Assembly: GCF_001194135.2 (NCBI RefSeq)
Contig: NC_068983.1
Span: 70,184,509 to 70,248,508, forward strand
DNA: 64,000 bases
Direction: 5' to 3'
DNA from: Octopus bimaculoides
Taxonomy: Eukaryota
Positions 49,983 through 63,351 of the stretch are shown in pieces. Numbering within the stretch: the first letter of the stretch is position 1; each line of letters begins with the position of its first letter. A program made the translations under genes and the position numbers. A model generated the notes under the pieces. The model did not search any database. It worked only from the letters and a program-made list of their open reading frames with translations, and had not been told where the DNA came from.

Positions 49983-50692
49983 ATATCTGTTGAAGTATGT
50001 CTTCTGCATAGGGTACAACAAGCACAAGATTTGTCATCTTTATTATGATGAAGTCAGACACACAGCTGGTTCTTTCTTTTGTATGGAATATTGTTATTAT
50101 TTCTGTATACTATGCACTCTTGTAAAATGATAGCCCATAGCTATGTGTAGTGATAACCAAGAAAAATAGCTTTGGTGCATAATACATGCTGACTTTTCTT
50201 TAGTATTATGATGCATGGAAAAAAAGTGTGTTTAGTTAGATTTGTTATAGTTGCTGTATAAAATATATTGAAAAAAATTCAATCATTCTAAAGGAAACAA
50301 AAAACAAAGAAAAAGCAAATTTGAAAGTGATCGTTGAACTTTATTGGTGTCAGCCATAAAAGTACATTTCCTGTGTAGTCAACATTTTAGAAATCACGTG
50401 ATCATGGTTCTTTTATGAAGAAGGTACCAATTTTTCATGAATACCAATCACTTCACCATTCGTCTTGACTTTTCTCAATACATCTGTAAATCTTATCACC
50501 CTGATATCTAACTTTGTCACTTCTTCCTACATGTTCTCAAGATACTTTCGTGCTTGAATTTAATTTTGAGGAAAAGTTATTACACTTTTCTTCCTAGAAT
50601 GTCATTATATAAATCAAATTGTTGTTGTTGATGCTTAGCTACATAACAGCCCTATTCCAGCAGATCTATGCTCAAATGTATTCAAATCAAGA

Positions 50693-50849
50693 CTGGCTGT
50701 GCAGTTAAGAAGCTTGATTTGCAACCATATAGTTTTGGGTTCAAGTGTCCTTCTTCTATAGTCTTAGATTGGCCAATGCCTTCTGAGTGGCTTTTGTAGA
50801 TGGAAACTGTGAGGAAGCCTATCATGTGTGTGTTTGTGTGTATGTATAT

Positions 50850-50892
<43 letters not shown>

Positions 50893-51088
50893 TGTGTGTG
50901 TATGTGTCCTTGTGTTTGCATTTGTCTCCCCTCACCACTGCTTGTTAGTTAGTTTCTTTACTTTCCTGTTTCTTAGCAGTTTGGCAACAAAATTTGATAG
51001 AATAAGTACTGAGGTGGATTTCTCCAACTAAACCCTTTAAGGCTGTGCCTGAGCATGGCTGCAGTCCTATGACAGAAACAATTAAAAT
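50693..51088 (+). mobile_element. Same microsatellite-containing SINE family, diverged copy
   Basis: Head, ttttgtagatggaaactg core, (CA)n/(TG)n tract, tail gcatggctgcagtc..gaaacaattaaaa. Confidence 0.75.
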
Positions 51089-51877
51089 ATAAACTGCCTA
51101 TTTTAAAGGCATAGTATTATGGTTAATTACACTATCCCCTGTGTCCTTCCTTTACTTAATGATGTTAATGTATAGCTTGAACAGACTATGTAATACTGAT
51201 GAGATCTAATAGATCAAAACATGTATCTATCTTATCTGCAAACAAAGATTATATTTTCTTTTAGTAACCTTCCCTTTTTTGTGTTTGTGTCACCATGACT
51301 AGCCACTAGGGTATTGTTTTCTTTCTGTGACTAAAAGTGATATTTCAATTATAAATATTTTTAAATGTGACATTCACCTCTTAAATTAGTTTTTTTATCT
51401 CATGCTTTGCACTATTTTGAATTATTTCCCTTAGTTCAGAATATTTTAGTATGCAAATTAAAAACAAAAATTTTTTTAATTACATGGGCCAAAAATTATC
51501 TACAACCATCCCCCCCCCCATTATTGTAATTGTGAAATACTCTTTCAGCTAATCAGGTAAGCTTAATTAAGTTATATTATGCTAATGAGAGCTAATAGTC
51601 TGCAACACATCCACAGCTATTCCGTGCTTGCAAAAGAGAAAAAGAAAAATGGATTTTTCTCTCAGCATGTAAATTAACTTTGGGAGATTCAATATTGGCC
51701 CAAGAGCTTGAAACAGACTGAACTTGCTCTAAAGGTATCCAAGGACTAAGTGTTGTGGTTAAATCTGGTGACAGATTTACCACCCAAGTAGGATTTGGTG
51801 TGATTCGAACTCAGAACACAAACAGCTGGAACCATTCCATCAGTCCACTGCCCTAGACTGGTATTTTAAATATTCTA

Positions 51878-52077
51878 TCATTTACTTGCTTCAGACATTA
51901 GGCTACAGCCATTCTGGGACACTGCATTGAAGGGTTTTAATCAAACAAATCAAACCCAGGATTTATTTTTCTTTTAAGCCTAGTACTCATTCTATTGGTC
52001 TCTTTTGCTGGACCACTAAGTTATGAGGATGCGAACATACAAGTGGTAGTAGTGAGAGCAAACACAGACATACACAT

Positions 52078-52119
<42 letters not shown>

Positions 52120-52129
52120 NNNNNNNNNN

Positions 52130-52162
<33 letters not shown>

Positions 52163-52255
52163 CAAGATTCTGTCATTTACCATCTATCATATCCTGAGGC
52201 TATAGTAAAGGACACTTGTCCGAGGTGCTATGCAGTGGGACTGAACCTCAAAATA
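51878..52255 (-). mobile_element. Same microsatellite-containing SINE family
   Basis: Tail ttacttgcttcagac, (CA)n tract, gacacttgtccgaggtgctatgcagtgggactgaacc head and core. Confidence 0.75.
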
Positions 52256-52865
52256 AAAAAGCTACAGGGCATTATATTATGTCCAATGCTTTAACAACTC
52301 CATTACTTGCTTTGCAGTCAATGCTGCAATGTGATATATATGTATAGTAAAGGACTATATGGTAGATGTGGTGGTGTACCAGAAAAAATGCCTCATAATA
52401 TTGACCTCTGTCCTTATATTAAGTCTAACTGTCTGAAATTGTTTATTGTTAATACAATTATAATTTTTTCAGTCTATTAATCTTGTCTTTAGAGATGAAA
52501 TAGTTGAAAAAAAAAAAATTCCATCAACAGGGATGTAAATATTAATCATAAATATTAAAGCATTTTTAATCTTTAAAGTATGAAAAATTATAATTGCATG
52601 TTCCTGTGTGTTCTGATATGAGAATCCCACCAGGGTTGACTGAGCCTTTCATCCTCTCCCAGGTCAATAAAATAGCTAGCAGTCAAGTTATGGTGTCAAT
52701 TTAATTGACGATGGCCTCTTTTAAAATGTGTGACCTTATGCTTAATGCTAGAAATCAATATGATGCATATTAATATTAAAACTATAAACAAATAAACATG
52801 TGACAATATCATAATATATACTGTGATATTACAGCATATAAATAATGATATGAAGATACACAGCG

Positions 52866-52866
<1 letters not shown>

Positions 52867-52913
<47 letters not shown>

Positions 52914-53290
52914 TATCATCATCATCATCATCATTATCATCATCATTACTTAGTGTCTGCTTTCCTTGCTGGCATGGGTTAGACAGTTTGACTGAAACTG
53001 GCAAGCTGGAGTGTTGTGCCAGGTTCCAATCTGATTTTGCATAGTTTCTACTACTGGTTGCTCTTCCTAATGCCAACTGCTCTAAGAGTGTACTGGGTGC
53101 TTTTTACATACCACTGGCATGGATGCCGGTTATATGAAACTGGTATTGGCCACAGCTACAATTTCACTTGGCTTCATGGGTCTTCTCAAGCATGGCATAT
53201 TGTCAAAGGTCTTAGTCACTTGTCATTGCCTCCATGAGGCCCAACATTCAAAGATCATGCTTCAGCCCCTTGTCTCATGTCATCCTGTAA
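52867..53290 (-). mobile_element. RTE-family 3' end with a long (ATC)n tail
   Basis: Shared 3' UTR, end-of-ORF remnant (ttctcaagcatggcatatt..cattgcctccatgagg) and about 80 nt of ATC repeat. Confidence 0.8.
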
Positions 53291-53899
53291 AATAATAATG
53301 TTAAACTGTTATAAAGCATAAAAATACTGAAGCACATAAAATAACAACATATATTTGTACAAACTAACTGAAGAGACCTGGCCCAATTACTTGCATCGGG
53401 GTAAACTCCATCAAAAGTACCCAAAGGATGATGAATCAAGTCTACCACCTTCTACATAGTCACTAGAAATAGCAGTGAAACCTACCTTAGATTACACACC
53501 TTGCCATCTTCAAAAGAGAGAGAAAGATTAGATAATATATTACTATGCCCAAGGATGGTTATGGCTGGAATACTTAGGAATGAGATTACAGGAAAAATAG
53601 CATACATTACAACATAGTTTAATGCTAGAATGTAACAATAACATGACTCAGTGAACCACAGACTTTAAGGTTATAAAGGAGAGTTCAGCTGTGTGAAAAC
53701 CTTAAGGAAGTAATTCTTTCTGAAGATGGTCATCCAGGATTTTAACACATATGTAGTTTTGTATTTTGTTTAGAATATGAGAATAAATGGATGCTTATGA
53801 AAGTGAAAGTGGAATTATGAGAATGATTGATGAGATGCCTTGTAATTTCCATTCTGAATCTTAACATTTTGAGTTCAAATTTTGCCTCCTATCACTAAC

Positions 53900-56100
53900 T
53901 TTCTCATGATTGGAAACAGGGACCTTAGGCTTTGTCTACGTCTCCATTATACTGAAATTTCCAAGTAACACCGATCAGTTTGCGAGTTAGTATATGAATC
54001 TTTTTGATCTCTTGCAGTGACCAAAAGTAAAATGTGGCCAAGAAGATAAGCACTGCAAAAGTGTTTTCAGCAATATGCTTATTGTAAGCTGAATGTTCAG
54101 ATGATCACACTTTTAACATTGTTTTAGCTCTCTTGAGGTACTCATTCCTTGTCCTCTCCTTATTGATGGCTATATCACAGCTGATATTCTCATCCTGTCC
54201 AAGGTACTTATAGGTTTCCATAGAGAGTAAAAGCTGTATTTTTAGGTTGTTCATGTTTAGTATCTTGGATGAGGGTATAATTTTCCCACATTTATCACCA
54301 AAAAATACACATTTGGACTCACTAAATTTCATTCCAGTTTATTTAATGAATTGGGTTATGAGATCCAGTTGCTTTTTTGATGTGGTTAATATTTAGTCCA
54401 AACAGCTTCAGGTCATCATCAAAGAAAAGGAGAGAGATGTTAAAGGATCCATTCCTATATCAGTTATGTTTTTTTATTGGGTATGTATGATAAAGGGTTT
54501 AACGAGAGAACAAAGAGCAGAGCATTACTGACAAGCTATCGCCTCGAAGGATGCCTTTTTGTAGTGTGTAGTATAAGATTTAATAAATTTATTGTTGCCT
54601 CTAAGAAGTAGGTAGAAGTACCAGTTTCTAGTTATGTGGTGGATGGCAGCTACTAATGGTGGTAGGACTTTGGTTAATTGCAGTGCTGAAAGCTTCTTTG
54701 GTTGTCCAGCCACACCAAGTTTCTGCAGTTCTTCTTTCGTGTATCATTTTAATAATCAGCAGGTGCTCAATAAATCCTCAAACTTTCTTCTCTTCTCAGT
54801 TTGTTCAGGAGTTATAATAGTGTCAGTGGTACAAAGTGGTCCGGTAGAAGCAGATTGAGGTATCTAGTGTATATCTTATACATGATATGTTGGTCTGCTA
54901 TCAGGTGGTTATTTTAAGATTCAGTGGTTTGTCTATTTTAGAGCATGAGAAGAGTGATGGCTGTTGACAACTAACTGTATGGATATGTTTGACATACCTT
55001 TAATATTCTTATTATACAGTGTTATTAAATCTTGCGGATAGAAATTGGGATTTTTAAAATCAATATCCTGCAATAAGATATGAATTTGAGAATTTTCTAT
55101 TTTGTATTTTTTCAGGACTCATCCTGGTACTGCACCATTGATTTCGTAAAATTTTTATTCAACACGCTTGCAAGTACCTCTGTTCTAATTTGTCTCTCCA
55201 TTGAATCTATCTTTTTCATTGAATCTATCATTCCGTTTCCATATTGATTTCCATTATCTTTTAAGTTGTTCTGTCGATGGGATGTTTATCATTAACAATG
55301 TGTTATTTTTATTGAAGCTATAATATACTGATACTGGATCTCTAACAAACAATCTATTCTATGTTTTCCTTTTATACTTGGCAGATGTATATTTTAATTT
55401 CTCCAGCTGTTACTTCTTGTTTCTGGTGATGACGTTTGAAATTTAAGGTTCTTCTCTTTGAGTTCCCAAACTACTTTCTTAGTTTAACTTTTGACCATAT
55501 GATTTTTTTTTTTTGTAAATTTATTGATAGTGTCACACTTCATAACTATGATTATCTGTGAGATGGTTCTTCAAAGAAGCACTATTTTTTTTTGAAAGTT
55601 GTGAGCCTAGCCTGACTTGATGTTTACCTTTGACTCCATTGTGCAACTCCAACTCATTTTGATAGGCTAGTAATGTTATTGTTGCACACATATCAGGAAG
55701 TTTATAGTCTCAGATGGGAGTACTGTTTCAATAGACATGAGATAATTCCCCACTATTTCAATTATTACTCTCACTTCTGAATTAAAAGGCTCTTTTTTAT
55801 GATTGTTTGAAATTGCCTGTTGCATCATATCTAATGATACAACTGTTAGAGAATTATAAAAATTCCAATATTCCATGGTTTATTCAAGGAAGCTAACATT
55901 TTTATTCTCTAGCAGGTTATTTTTGTGTAACTGTAGTTCGATGTTGTTACTGAAGGTATTGATGTTGTTGAATGTTCTGCGATAGTCTACTGTGGAACAA
56001 CAACTACTACATTCAAGGTGTACATTGTTGTCAACATCAATGTTGTTATTATTGGATATTGTATTTTTTTGTGGTGTTACTATGTGTTAAACTAAGGGGA
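53900..56100 (-). mobile_element. 3'-truncated R4/Dong-like non-LTR retrotransposon fragment (RT core)
   Basis: GILRGDSLSV, LLFFDDDLKLF, GMKFSESKC..FG.DKC, ETYKYLGQDEN, EYLKRAK motifs in decayed minus frames. Ends are approximate. Confidence 0.7.
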
Positions 56101-56129
56101 TTCCTCTATGTGTATTAGTGTGCAGTTAA

Positions 56130-57440
56130 TTATATGCTTCCTTTATTCATTTAGATGTTTTGCACATAGATTTGAAACTTGAGAAAAGTCATGTATATTT
56201 TTACTGTTCCACTTACAGATTGTATATATAATGTGTGAATTGGCAGGCTGGTTTCTTTTTAGGAAAACCCTAGTTTATCCATATTGTCATTTAAGAATTT
56301 GTTCATACAAGTGCACCAGTTATTGGTATAAGTGAGAATTTGTAATCTGGGTACAGGTTCTGGAGATTTCAAAGCAATTGTCTGTAATTATCATCTTTCT
56401 CTTTGATTTTGAAAGAGGTATTCAGATGAGTAAAGCAGCAAACCTCTCTAACAGTACAAAATGTTCTTTGTCTGCCTCAAACAACAATATACAGCCTCGT
56501 ATGTTTGCACTTGGTAGTTTTAATGAGAATGTTCCACCAATATTCCTTGTGTTTATGTTTGTGTAGGTAATCAGTAACAGAGTGTGTACTATATTTATTC
56601 CAAGACAGTCTTTTTTCAAATGTCATTGTATATTGTTTCAGTGACAATGTCATATTGCATAAGGAGGTAATACCTGGATATTTTTGAGTGGCTACTAATT
56701 ACGTGTGATGTCTTCCACAGAAATATGACATAATCTGGTATTTTCAGTTGCATCTTGGGGCTCCAAGGCTACACTGTCTCTTTGGTTTTCAAGATGTTTT
56801 GTGGCAATCTACTACTCTTGGATTGCAAATGCATAGCCTTCAAAGTGTGATGTGATGTATCAGAAAAAGAATGTAAGAGATATTACACTCTGTGTCAATA
56901 TTTCTGTCTTCTTCAATTCTTTAGGAAACATACCTATGCATAGTCTTCTTTTGGTATGCTAAGCATGTCATGTTCAGGTCTTCTTTGAGATATTTTAGTC
57001 CAGTTGTTTTGTGGTTGTATTCAAGGCCATCAGAAAGAGAGTGCATCCTAACGAGCTCACTGTTCACACATAGGATGTTGTGCTTTCCTCTTCTCAGCAC
57101 AAAGTTTATGTATTTATTTTTGCTGCTATTGTTTAGTAGGTATTGTCTGAGAGAGACTATATGGCATTTGAAAGTGGTCTACCCTGATTTCAAGCCCCCC
57201 CTCCCCTTCATCTCTTCTTAGGTAGAGCCTTTGGTATCACTGTTACTGCGGAAGTTTCCTGTTGGTATCAGAATCTTAAAGGTTTTAATGTTTATAGAAT
57301 GGATTTTCTCTATAGACCAGTCAAGTATACCAAATGTTGGAATCAATATTGATACTGCGAATGTATGATAATTGTGGAATATTGTCTTGTAAGAGGAGTA
57401 TTCAGATTGTCATATTTTTCTAAGTTTGGGATAATCTCGG
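56130..57440 (-). mobile_element. 5'-truncated R4/Dong-like (RLE-type) non-LTR retrotransposon fragment
   Basis: Decayed frame TFAVSILIPTFGILDWS..INIKTFKIL..TGNF.SNSD, ..GRGGLKS, and KIKEKDDNYRQLL.NLQNLYPDYKFSLIPITGAL, resembling the RT thumb and RLE C-terminus. Ends are approximate. Confidence 0.65.
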
Positions 57441-57792
57441 GTCACTCTATCTTTATTTACATGTATGTATGTATGTATGTATGTATGTATGCATGTATGT
57501 ATGTATGTATGTATGCATGTATGTATGTATGTACGTACGTACATACGTACGTACGTATGTATGTACATACATACGTATGTACTTACATACGTATGTATGT
57601 ACGCATGCATACATGCATGCAAGCAAGCATTTATGCATGTCATTATTCAGTTTTATTCCAAGATTTCTTGCCAATAGAGAAAGAGCTGGTTTCCAACCTA
57701 GATTCAAGGCACCTTCATTGGAATTTCAACAACATGTATAGATATATGTATGTACACATGTATGTACATATACATGTTTTTACATATGTTTG

Positions 57793-57891
<99 letters not shown>

Positions 57892-57991
57892 NNNNNNNNN
57901 NNNNNNNNNNNNNNNNNNNNNNNNNNATCATCATCATCATCATCATCATCGTTTAACGTCCGCTTTCCATGCTAGTACGGGTTGGACGATT

Positions 57992-58028
<37 letters not shown>

Positions 58029-58032
58029 AATG

Positions 58033-58063
<31 letters not shown>

Positions 58064-59049
58064 ACATACATTGGCTTTGAAATGCTCTGTTGAAATAAGT
58101 CGTTGGTCTTAAATGAGAGCATGGGTATTTTGATTAGATCTAGAGTGTAACAGTATGCTAGTCTGAAATTGGAATTTCATATCTTTTCTTATTGTTGGTT
58201 AATTCATTATTAACTGAAGCATTTATTTGTAGTTATGTACTGATTTATCTAAGTACACATCTCTGACTATGGGTAGACTCTTATCTGTGCAAATCTTTTT
58301 TTCTTAATTAGAGACAGATTGTGCATACATATTGGAATAGATATAGTTTCAATTGTTCTTTGACTATCATTGATTTTAATTAGAATCTTCATATTTTTTC
58401 TCACTGTGTTTGTTTCTACCCAATTTGGTTTTAGGAAAGCTAAATTATTGATCCTTTCTGCGAATGCTTGACATGGTCAAACATTTTGGAAGGGTCAAGG
58501 ATTCTTGGCTGATATAACAACTAACTATTAGTGAGTTAACAATTTCTAGTTCTACATTAGCAACATCTGGTGTCAAACCTAATGTGAAACCAAAAGCTTC
58601 CATGTGGAATGAACATGCAAGAAATCTTGAAACAGTAAAATGTCACTCAAATCATATCCCATACTTTAAAAAGAGAAGGGTACCATAATTAATGTACTGT
58701 GGGATATATAAAAAATTAGGATGCTTACATCTAGAATACATCTGATAATAGGACTGTCAGTTCAATAAGTGCTGACCCAAGATTACATAACTACAACAGA
58801 TTGTTTCTTTTTTTAACTGGTTTTGTTAGAAGGAAGAAAGTGTGTGGGTGTCTACAGACTCTAAGATCAGTGAGGTTGATGTAGTCATTGTTCTTCATGA
58901 ACAATTGCAGGTAAACAACTGAATGACTCTGCAAGTGCTAAACTGGTGGTCACAAGAGAGAGAGAGAGAGACACACACACACACATACACAGATTTGAGT
59001 GGAAAGTATCCTAATTAACTGTTGTCTATATTAGCTCAGAGATGTTAGA

Positions 59050-59420
59050 GTGGGAACAATGTGGTAATAATTGGCTGGATCAGAGTGGTTGCTTTTTTTG
59101 GGGGGAATGGGAGATACTGAAGAGCTCCAAATTTCAGGGTATATCCCTATTGAGAGTGAAAGATTACAAGTTTGGTGGGGTGAGGGAGCAAGTTCTGGGA
59201 CATGTTTAAGTGTAATAGAAGGGACATTATTAGGGCAAATGGTCTTGTTTGTTTGAAGTAGCTGGAAGTATTTCTACTCTTAGCATATGTGACAAACCTA
59301 AAAGAGAGAGAAGGGAGAAGATTGGAAAGGGATTGGCCGAGAGTGTGTAGTACAAAGTGGGACGTAAATCAGGCAATGAAGGTGGACACTTTCTTTTTGG
59401 TGATATTATTTATGGATTAC
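59050..59420 (-). mobile_element. CR1/Jockey-like LINE fragment (RT start)
   Basis: CPNNVPSITLKHVPELAPSPTKL resembles GPD.IP..LK.C.PELAP.L..LFN. Confidence 0.45.
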
Positions 59421-59876
59421 AGAACCAATGACGAAGAAAAGCAGATTCTGCAAAGTTGGTAGAAATCCTTTTGGCAAGGAACAACAAGGATCACATACAC
59501 ACACACATATTATGTACTTATATATATACATGTATGTATGTATGTATGTATGTGTGTATATATATATATCTTATATCTATATAATAAAGCTCAACGTCTG
59601 TGTGTCTGTACATCTATAAGTTGAAAAGGAATAGAAGATACATAAAAACAAAGTATATGTTCTCATGTAAACTATGTTTGAGAATTTCACCGAAACTGAT
59701 TAGAAACAGATGACAACATAGAATCATTCTGTCCAAGATTTTGGGTCTTCCACTTCCGACGGCTTTGCTGTACTCTTTCTGTTACATGCTTTTCTCATAT
59801 AATATGCCTTCCTGATGCAGATGACCATCAGTTTCCCTAGAATTTATTTTATCTTATGAACATGCATACATACATA

Positions 59877-61174
59877 TTGGGTTGGCAACTAAGTTCCTGC
59901 CATTTTTTAAAATTCAAATTTTTTAAAAGGTTTAATAAAAAATAACAACTAATTAATCAATAATGTATTCACTCTTGTTGTTTACAACTTCTTCCCAATG
60001 TTCAACAAGATTTTCAATACCTCATTGGTAGAAATCACCTGATTTCGACTCGAAAAATTGATCCAACCAAGCTCTCAATTCTGCATCAGTAATGAATGAA
60101 ACTCTATGCATAGCATTTGAAAGAGGTGGAAATCTGTTGGTGCCAAATCAGGAGAGTATGACGGGTGTGGCAGTACTTTCCAGCCATGCGTTTGAATGAC
60201 TTCCTTGGTCATATTGGTGATATGAGGGCAGGCGTTGTCGTGCAGCAGAAGGACTCCATGCTGCCGATTAGGTCTTTTCTCTTGAATAGCCGTGTTGAGT
60301 CGTTCCATCTGTTGAACATAGAGTTCCGCATTGACCGTTTGGTTTTGTTCAAGCAATTCGTAATGGATAATCCCTTCCCAGTCCCACTATATGCACAACA
60401 TCGTTTTATGCGGATGAAGATCTTGTTTCATGCGCGGTGTTGCTCGTTTACCGGGGCTAAGCCATTCCTTACACTGCTTCATATTGATGTACAGGCACCA
60501 TTTTCCATCACCAGTAATGATTCGGTAAAGAAATCATTGCTTGTGTCTATGAGTTGAGTAGTGACGAGCAAGCAAACCAGCAGAGATTGTGGCTCGTTGA
60601 TTCTTGTTGTTGTCACTTAAAGCATGCGGAAACCATGCTCCATGCTTCTGAACCTTTCCCATCGAGTGAAGATGCTTCTCTATAGCAGTGTGGGAGCATT
60701 CCATTTTCTCTGCCAGTTCCCTTGTCGTTTGACGAGAATTTTCATGCAACATTTGGTTTAATCGCTCTTCATTGAACTCAACTGGATGGCCAGAATGAGG
60801 TGTGTCTTTGAGGTCAAAATTTCCATTTTTGAACTTGGCATACCAACCATGAGTGGTTCTTTCAGCTATGGCACCCTCTCCATACACAGCACAAATGTCG
60901 CGAGCATCTTTTGCAGCCTTAGAACCTTGATCAAAACAAAAAGGAGGTGTCGAAAATGCTTGTTTTTCTTAACTTGACATTCCATTTTAATGAGCTGAAA
61001 ATAAACAAGAATTAATTAAAATTAGCTAGAAAAGAAAAAAACAAAATAGATTCCAAAATGATTTAAAAATAGAATTCTCGAAAAAAATAAATTCCAAAAT
61101 TTAAAAAACGGTGGGAACTTAGTTGCCAGATTCCAAAATTTAAAAAAACAGCGAGAACTTAGTTGCCAACCCAA
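59877..61174 (-). mobile_element. Full-length (1298 bp) mariner DD34D transposon with disrupted transposase
   Basis: TIRs ttgggttggcaactaagtt.. / ..aacttagttgccaacccaa flanked by TA. WFPHALS (WVPHEL-like) linker; HDNACPH-x-YSPDLAPTDFHLF with 34-residue D-D spacing. Confidence 0.95.
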
Positions 61175-61214
61175 TATATACACACATACATACATATGCA
61201 TGTATATATGTATC

Positions 61215-61540
61215 AACTATGGTTGATACATACATACTTACTTTTAACATCTTACTCTTGAACAATTGTAAATCAACAGATGAGGGAAAACCATGTCTGT
61301 GAAAGGAATTCCAGAGAACTGTTATTCTAGGAAGAAAGGACTGGGAAGTGTTCTTAGTGTGGGATGGGTGAGGCTGGCATAATTTGAATGACATAGGAAA
61401 AAGATATGATTGAATGAAAAGAGGCTAAGTGGAGGTGGCATGAGAACAGGTAGCTTCAAGAAACTATAGTAACGGTACAAGAGGCAAAGAGTGGAGTTAG
61501 AAGTTGAAGTCACTGTGCTAAGTTAGGTGTGATGTGGGAC
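61215..61540 (-). mobile_element. CR1/L2-like LINE 3' end
   Basis: HPSHTKNTSQSFLPRITVLWNSF...FPSSVDLQLFKS matches the typical SFFPRT..LWNSLP..FP..DL..FK terminus. Confidence 0.6.
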
Positions 61541-63299
61541 TCAACAACAACAGTCACTATACCAACAGAAATCACTAGTAGGAATGTATGGTATTTCTGA
61601 GCTAATAATGATATTCAATCCAAGCATCCATTAGGATAAAACTCCTCCTTTCAACTTTTTCCATTCCGCATCTGTCAGGGCCCTTTTATTGACACCTTTT
61701 ATCTAGTCTTGATTGGATTACACTTGAGATGTTAGTGTCAACAGTAGCACTTAGCACTAATTCTGCTTCCACTGATAGCTTTCAGTCTCTTTGATGATCA
61801 TTTCAGCTGGACATCTTTCAACATAGTGTCTTCCTTTCTTTTCTCTTTTCATCTCATCTTCTCGAAGCACTGAATGCTTCTCTATTCACCTTCATCTCAA
61901 TGATTATTTGTCTCACCTTCTTGACTCTGATTTTTCACTTTACTACCAAAATTACAGTGACTGGACAATCTGTCTTATCCTTCTATTCATGTTGTGCTGT
62001 TCTGCTTATACATGATATCACATTTTCTCTTGACATATAAATTAAATGGATATTATTTTTGGTCTTTCTACTTCCGCTTCTCTGCCTCCTTGTCTTTATT
62101 TTCTCTTGAATCTATTTGTTATGGCTGTCTAAGGGCCTATTTCTGTATTTACCAATCTTATATGCTAAACATACTCTTATGTGATCAGTTGACAAAAATA
62201 TCTTGCTTTCTCTCTTTTATTTTCTCTCACTCTATTCTCACTTTCTCTTTCATTCTTCTTACTGCTTCATCGATTGATTTCTTTCTCTTCATTTCATTTT
62301 CTTCCTCTTTGTTGTCTTTCTTCCTTTCTTTCTTTCTATCAGTCACTCTCTTGCTTTTTTTTCTTTTCTCCTTCCTTCCTTCTCATGTATGATTGACTAT
62401 TTCAATTCATCTAATAATCTAGAGGTATTTTATGGCTTGCTGTGGATAAAAGCCATGGTCAGCTTGTAAGAGTCAGTTTACAGCGACATTTATAGACTCA
62501 GTCACTTTATGTGCAACAGACATCTTGAGTTCCTGTTGTTTGTCTCACAATTTGTAGCTGTCTTTCACTCTAACCACAAACATAATGCTTTAACCTTTGG
62601 AAAAATGTATGGAAACATCTAAACCAAAACATCTTTTACATTCTTGGCACTAAACACTTCCTTTCTCAAATTACACCCTACTAGAAGTCCTCTGCACACC
62701 ATGTTTCACTTATTGACATTAATCCCTACAAACATTTGAACTGAACATTCAACTGTATCAGCCATAAAAAGAAATATGGACACTGCTTCTCTTATTAAAT
62801 ACTGAAAAATAAACACTGGGTTTCTGCTTTCATTTGTGTCACATTCCAGGAAATAATGTCTGTTAATTCTCAGTTTTTTCGTTTACTCTTTTTTTATAAT
62901 GCCTTATTTATTTGTGTTTTTAGTATAATTCTTCATCTATAAATGGATAGGTTGTTTGGTTGGTTGGCGTGTTGGTTAGCAGTGTTGGCTGCAGGAAAGG
63001 CATCCAACCACTGAATGCTGTTTTGATGAACTTTGTACAAACCAAATCAGCATGGAAGAAGTGGATTTGAAAACAATAATGATGATGATGATGATGATGA
63101 TGATGTGGCATGAAACTTGGAGTCATAGAATGCATGAGTTATAAAGTAAAAGTGATAGTGTCAATACTGTCCTGCTTATAATATATGTCAGATAGTTTTA
63201 CAAATTCTTTCCACTTGTATTTCCATGTAGTTAGAGTGTTAACTTTCCTCATTTCAATCTAATTAGACATTTATTTATTTATTTCTATTTTTCTTTTAG

Positions 63300-63351
63300 A
63301 CACCTTGCTTCTGGCCTTCTCGCAGTGGTGAACCAGAGAATACTGATTATG
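63300..63351 (+). CDS. RGS7: RGS7/RGS6-family internal coding exon (TPCFWPSRSGEPENTDY)
   Basis: 52-nt exon, ttcttttAG acceptor and GTatgt donor, in frame after the phase-0 end of the 46932-47038 exon. Matches human TPYFWPSNCWEPENTDY. Confidence 0.93.

Noticed and set aside
1479-58000. Numerous VCVC/HTHT/YIYI/CMYV ORFs in the ORF track
   Set aside because: All are translations of (TG)n, (CA)n, (TA)n or (TATG)n microsatellites.
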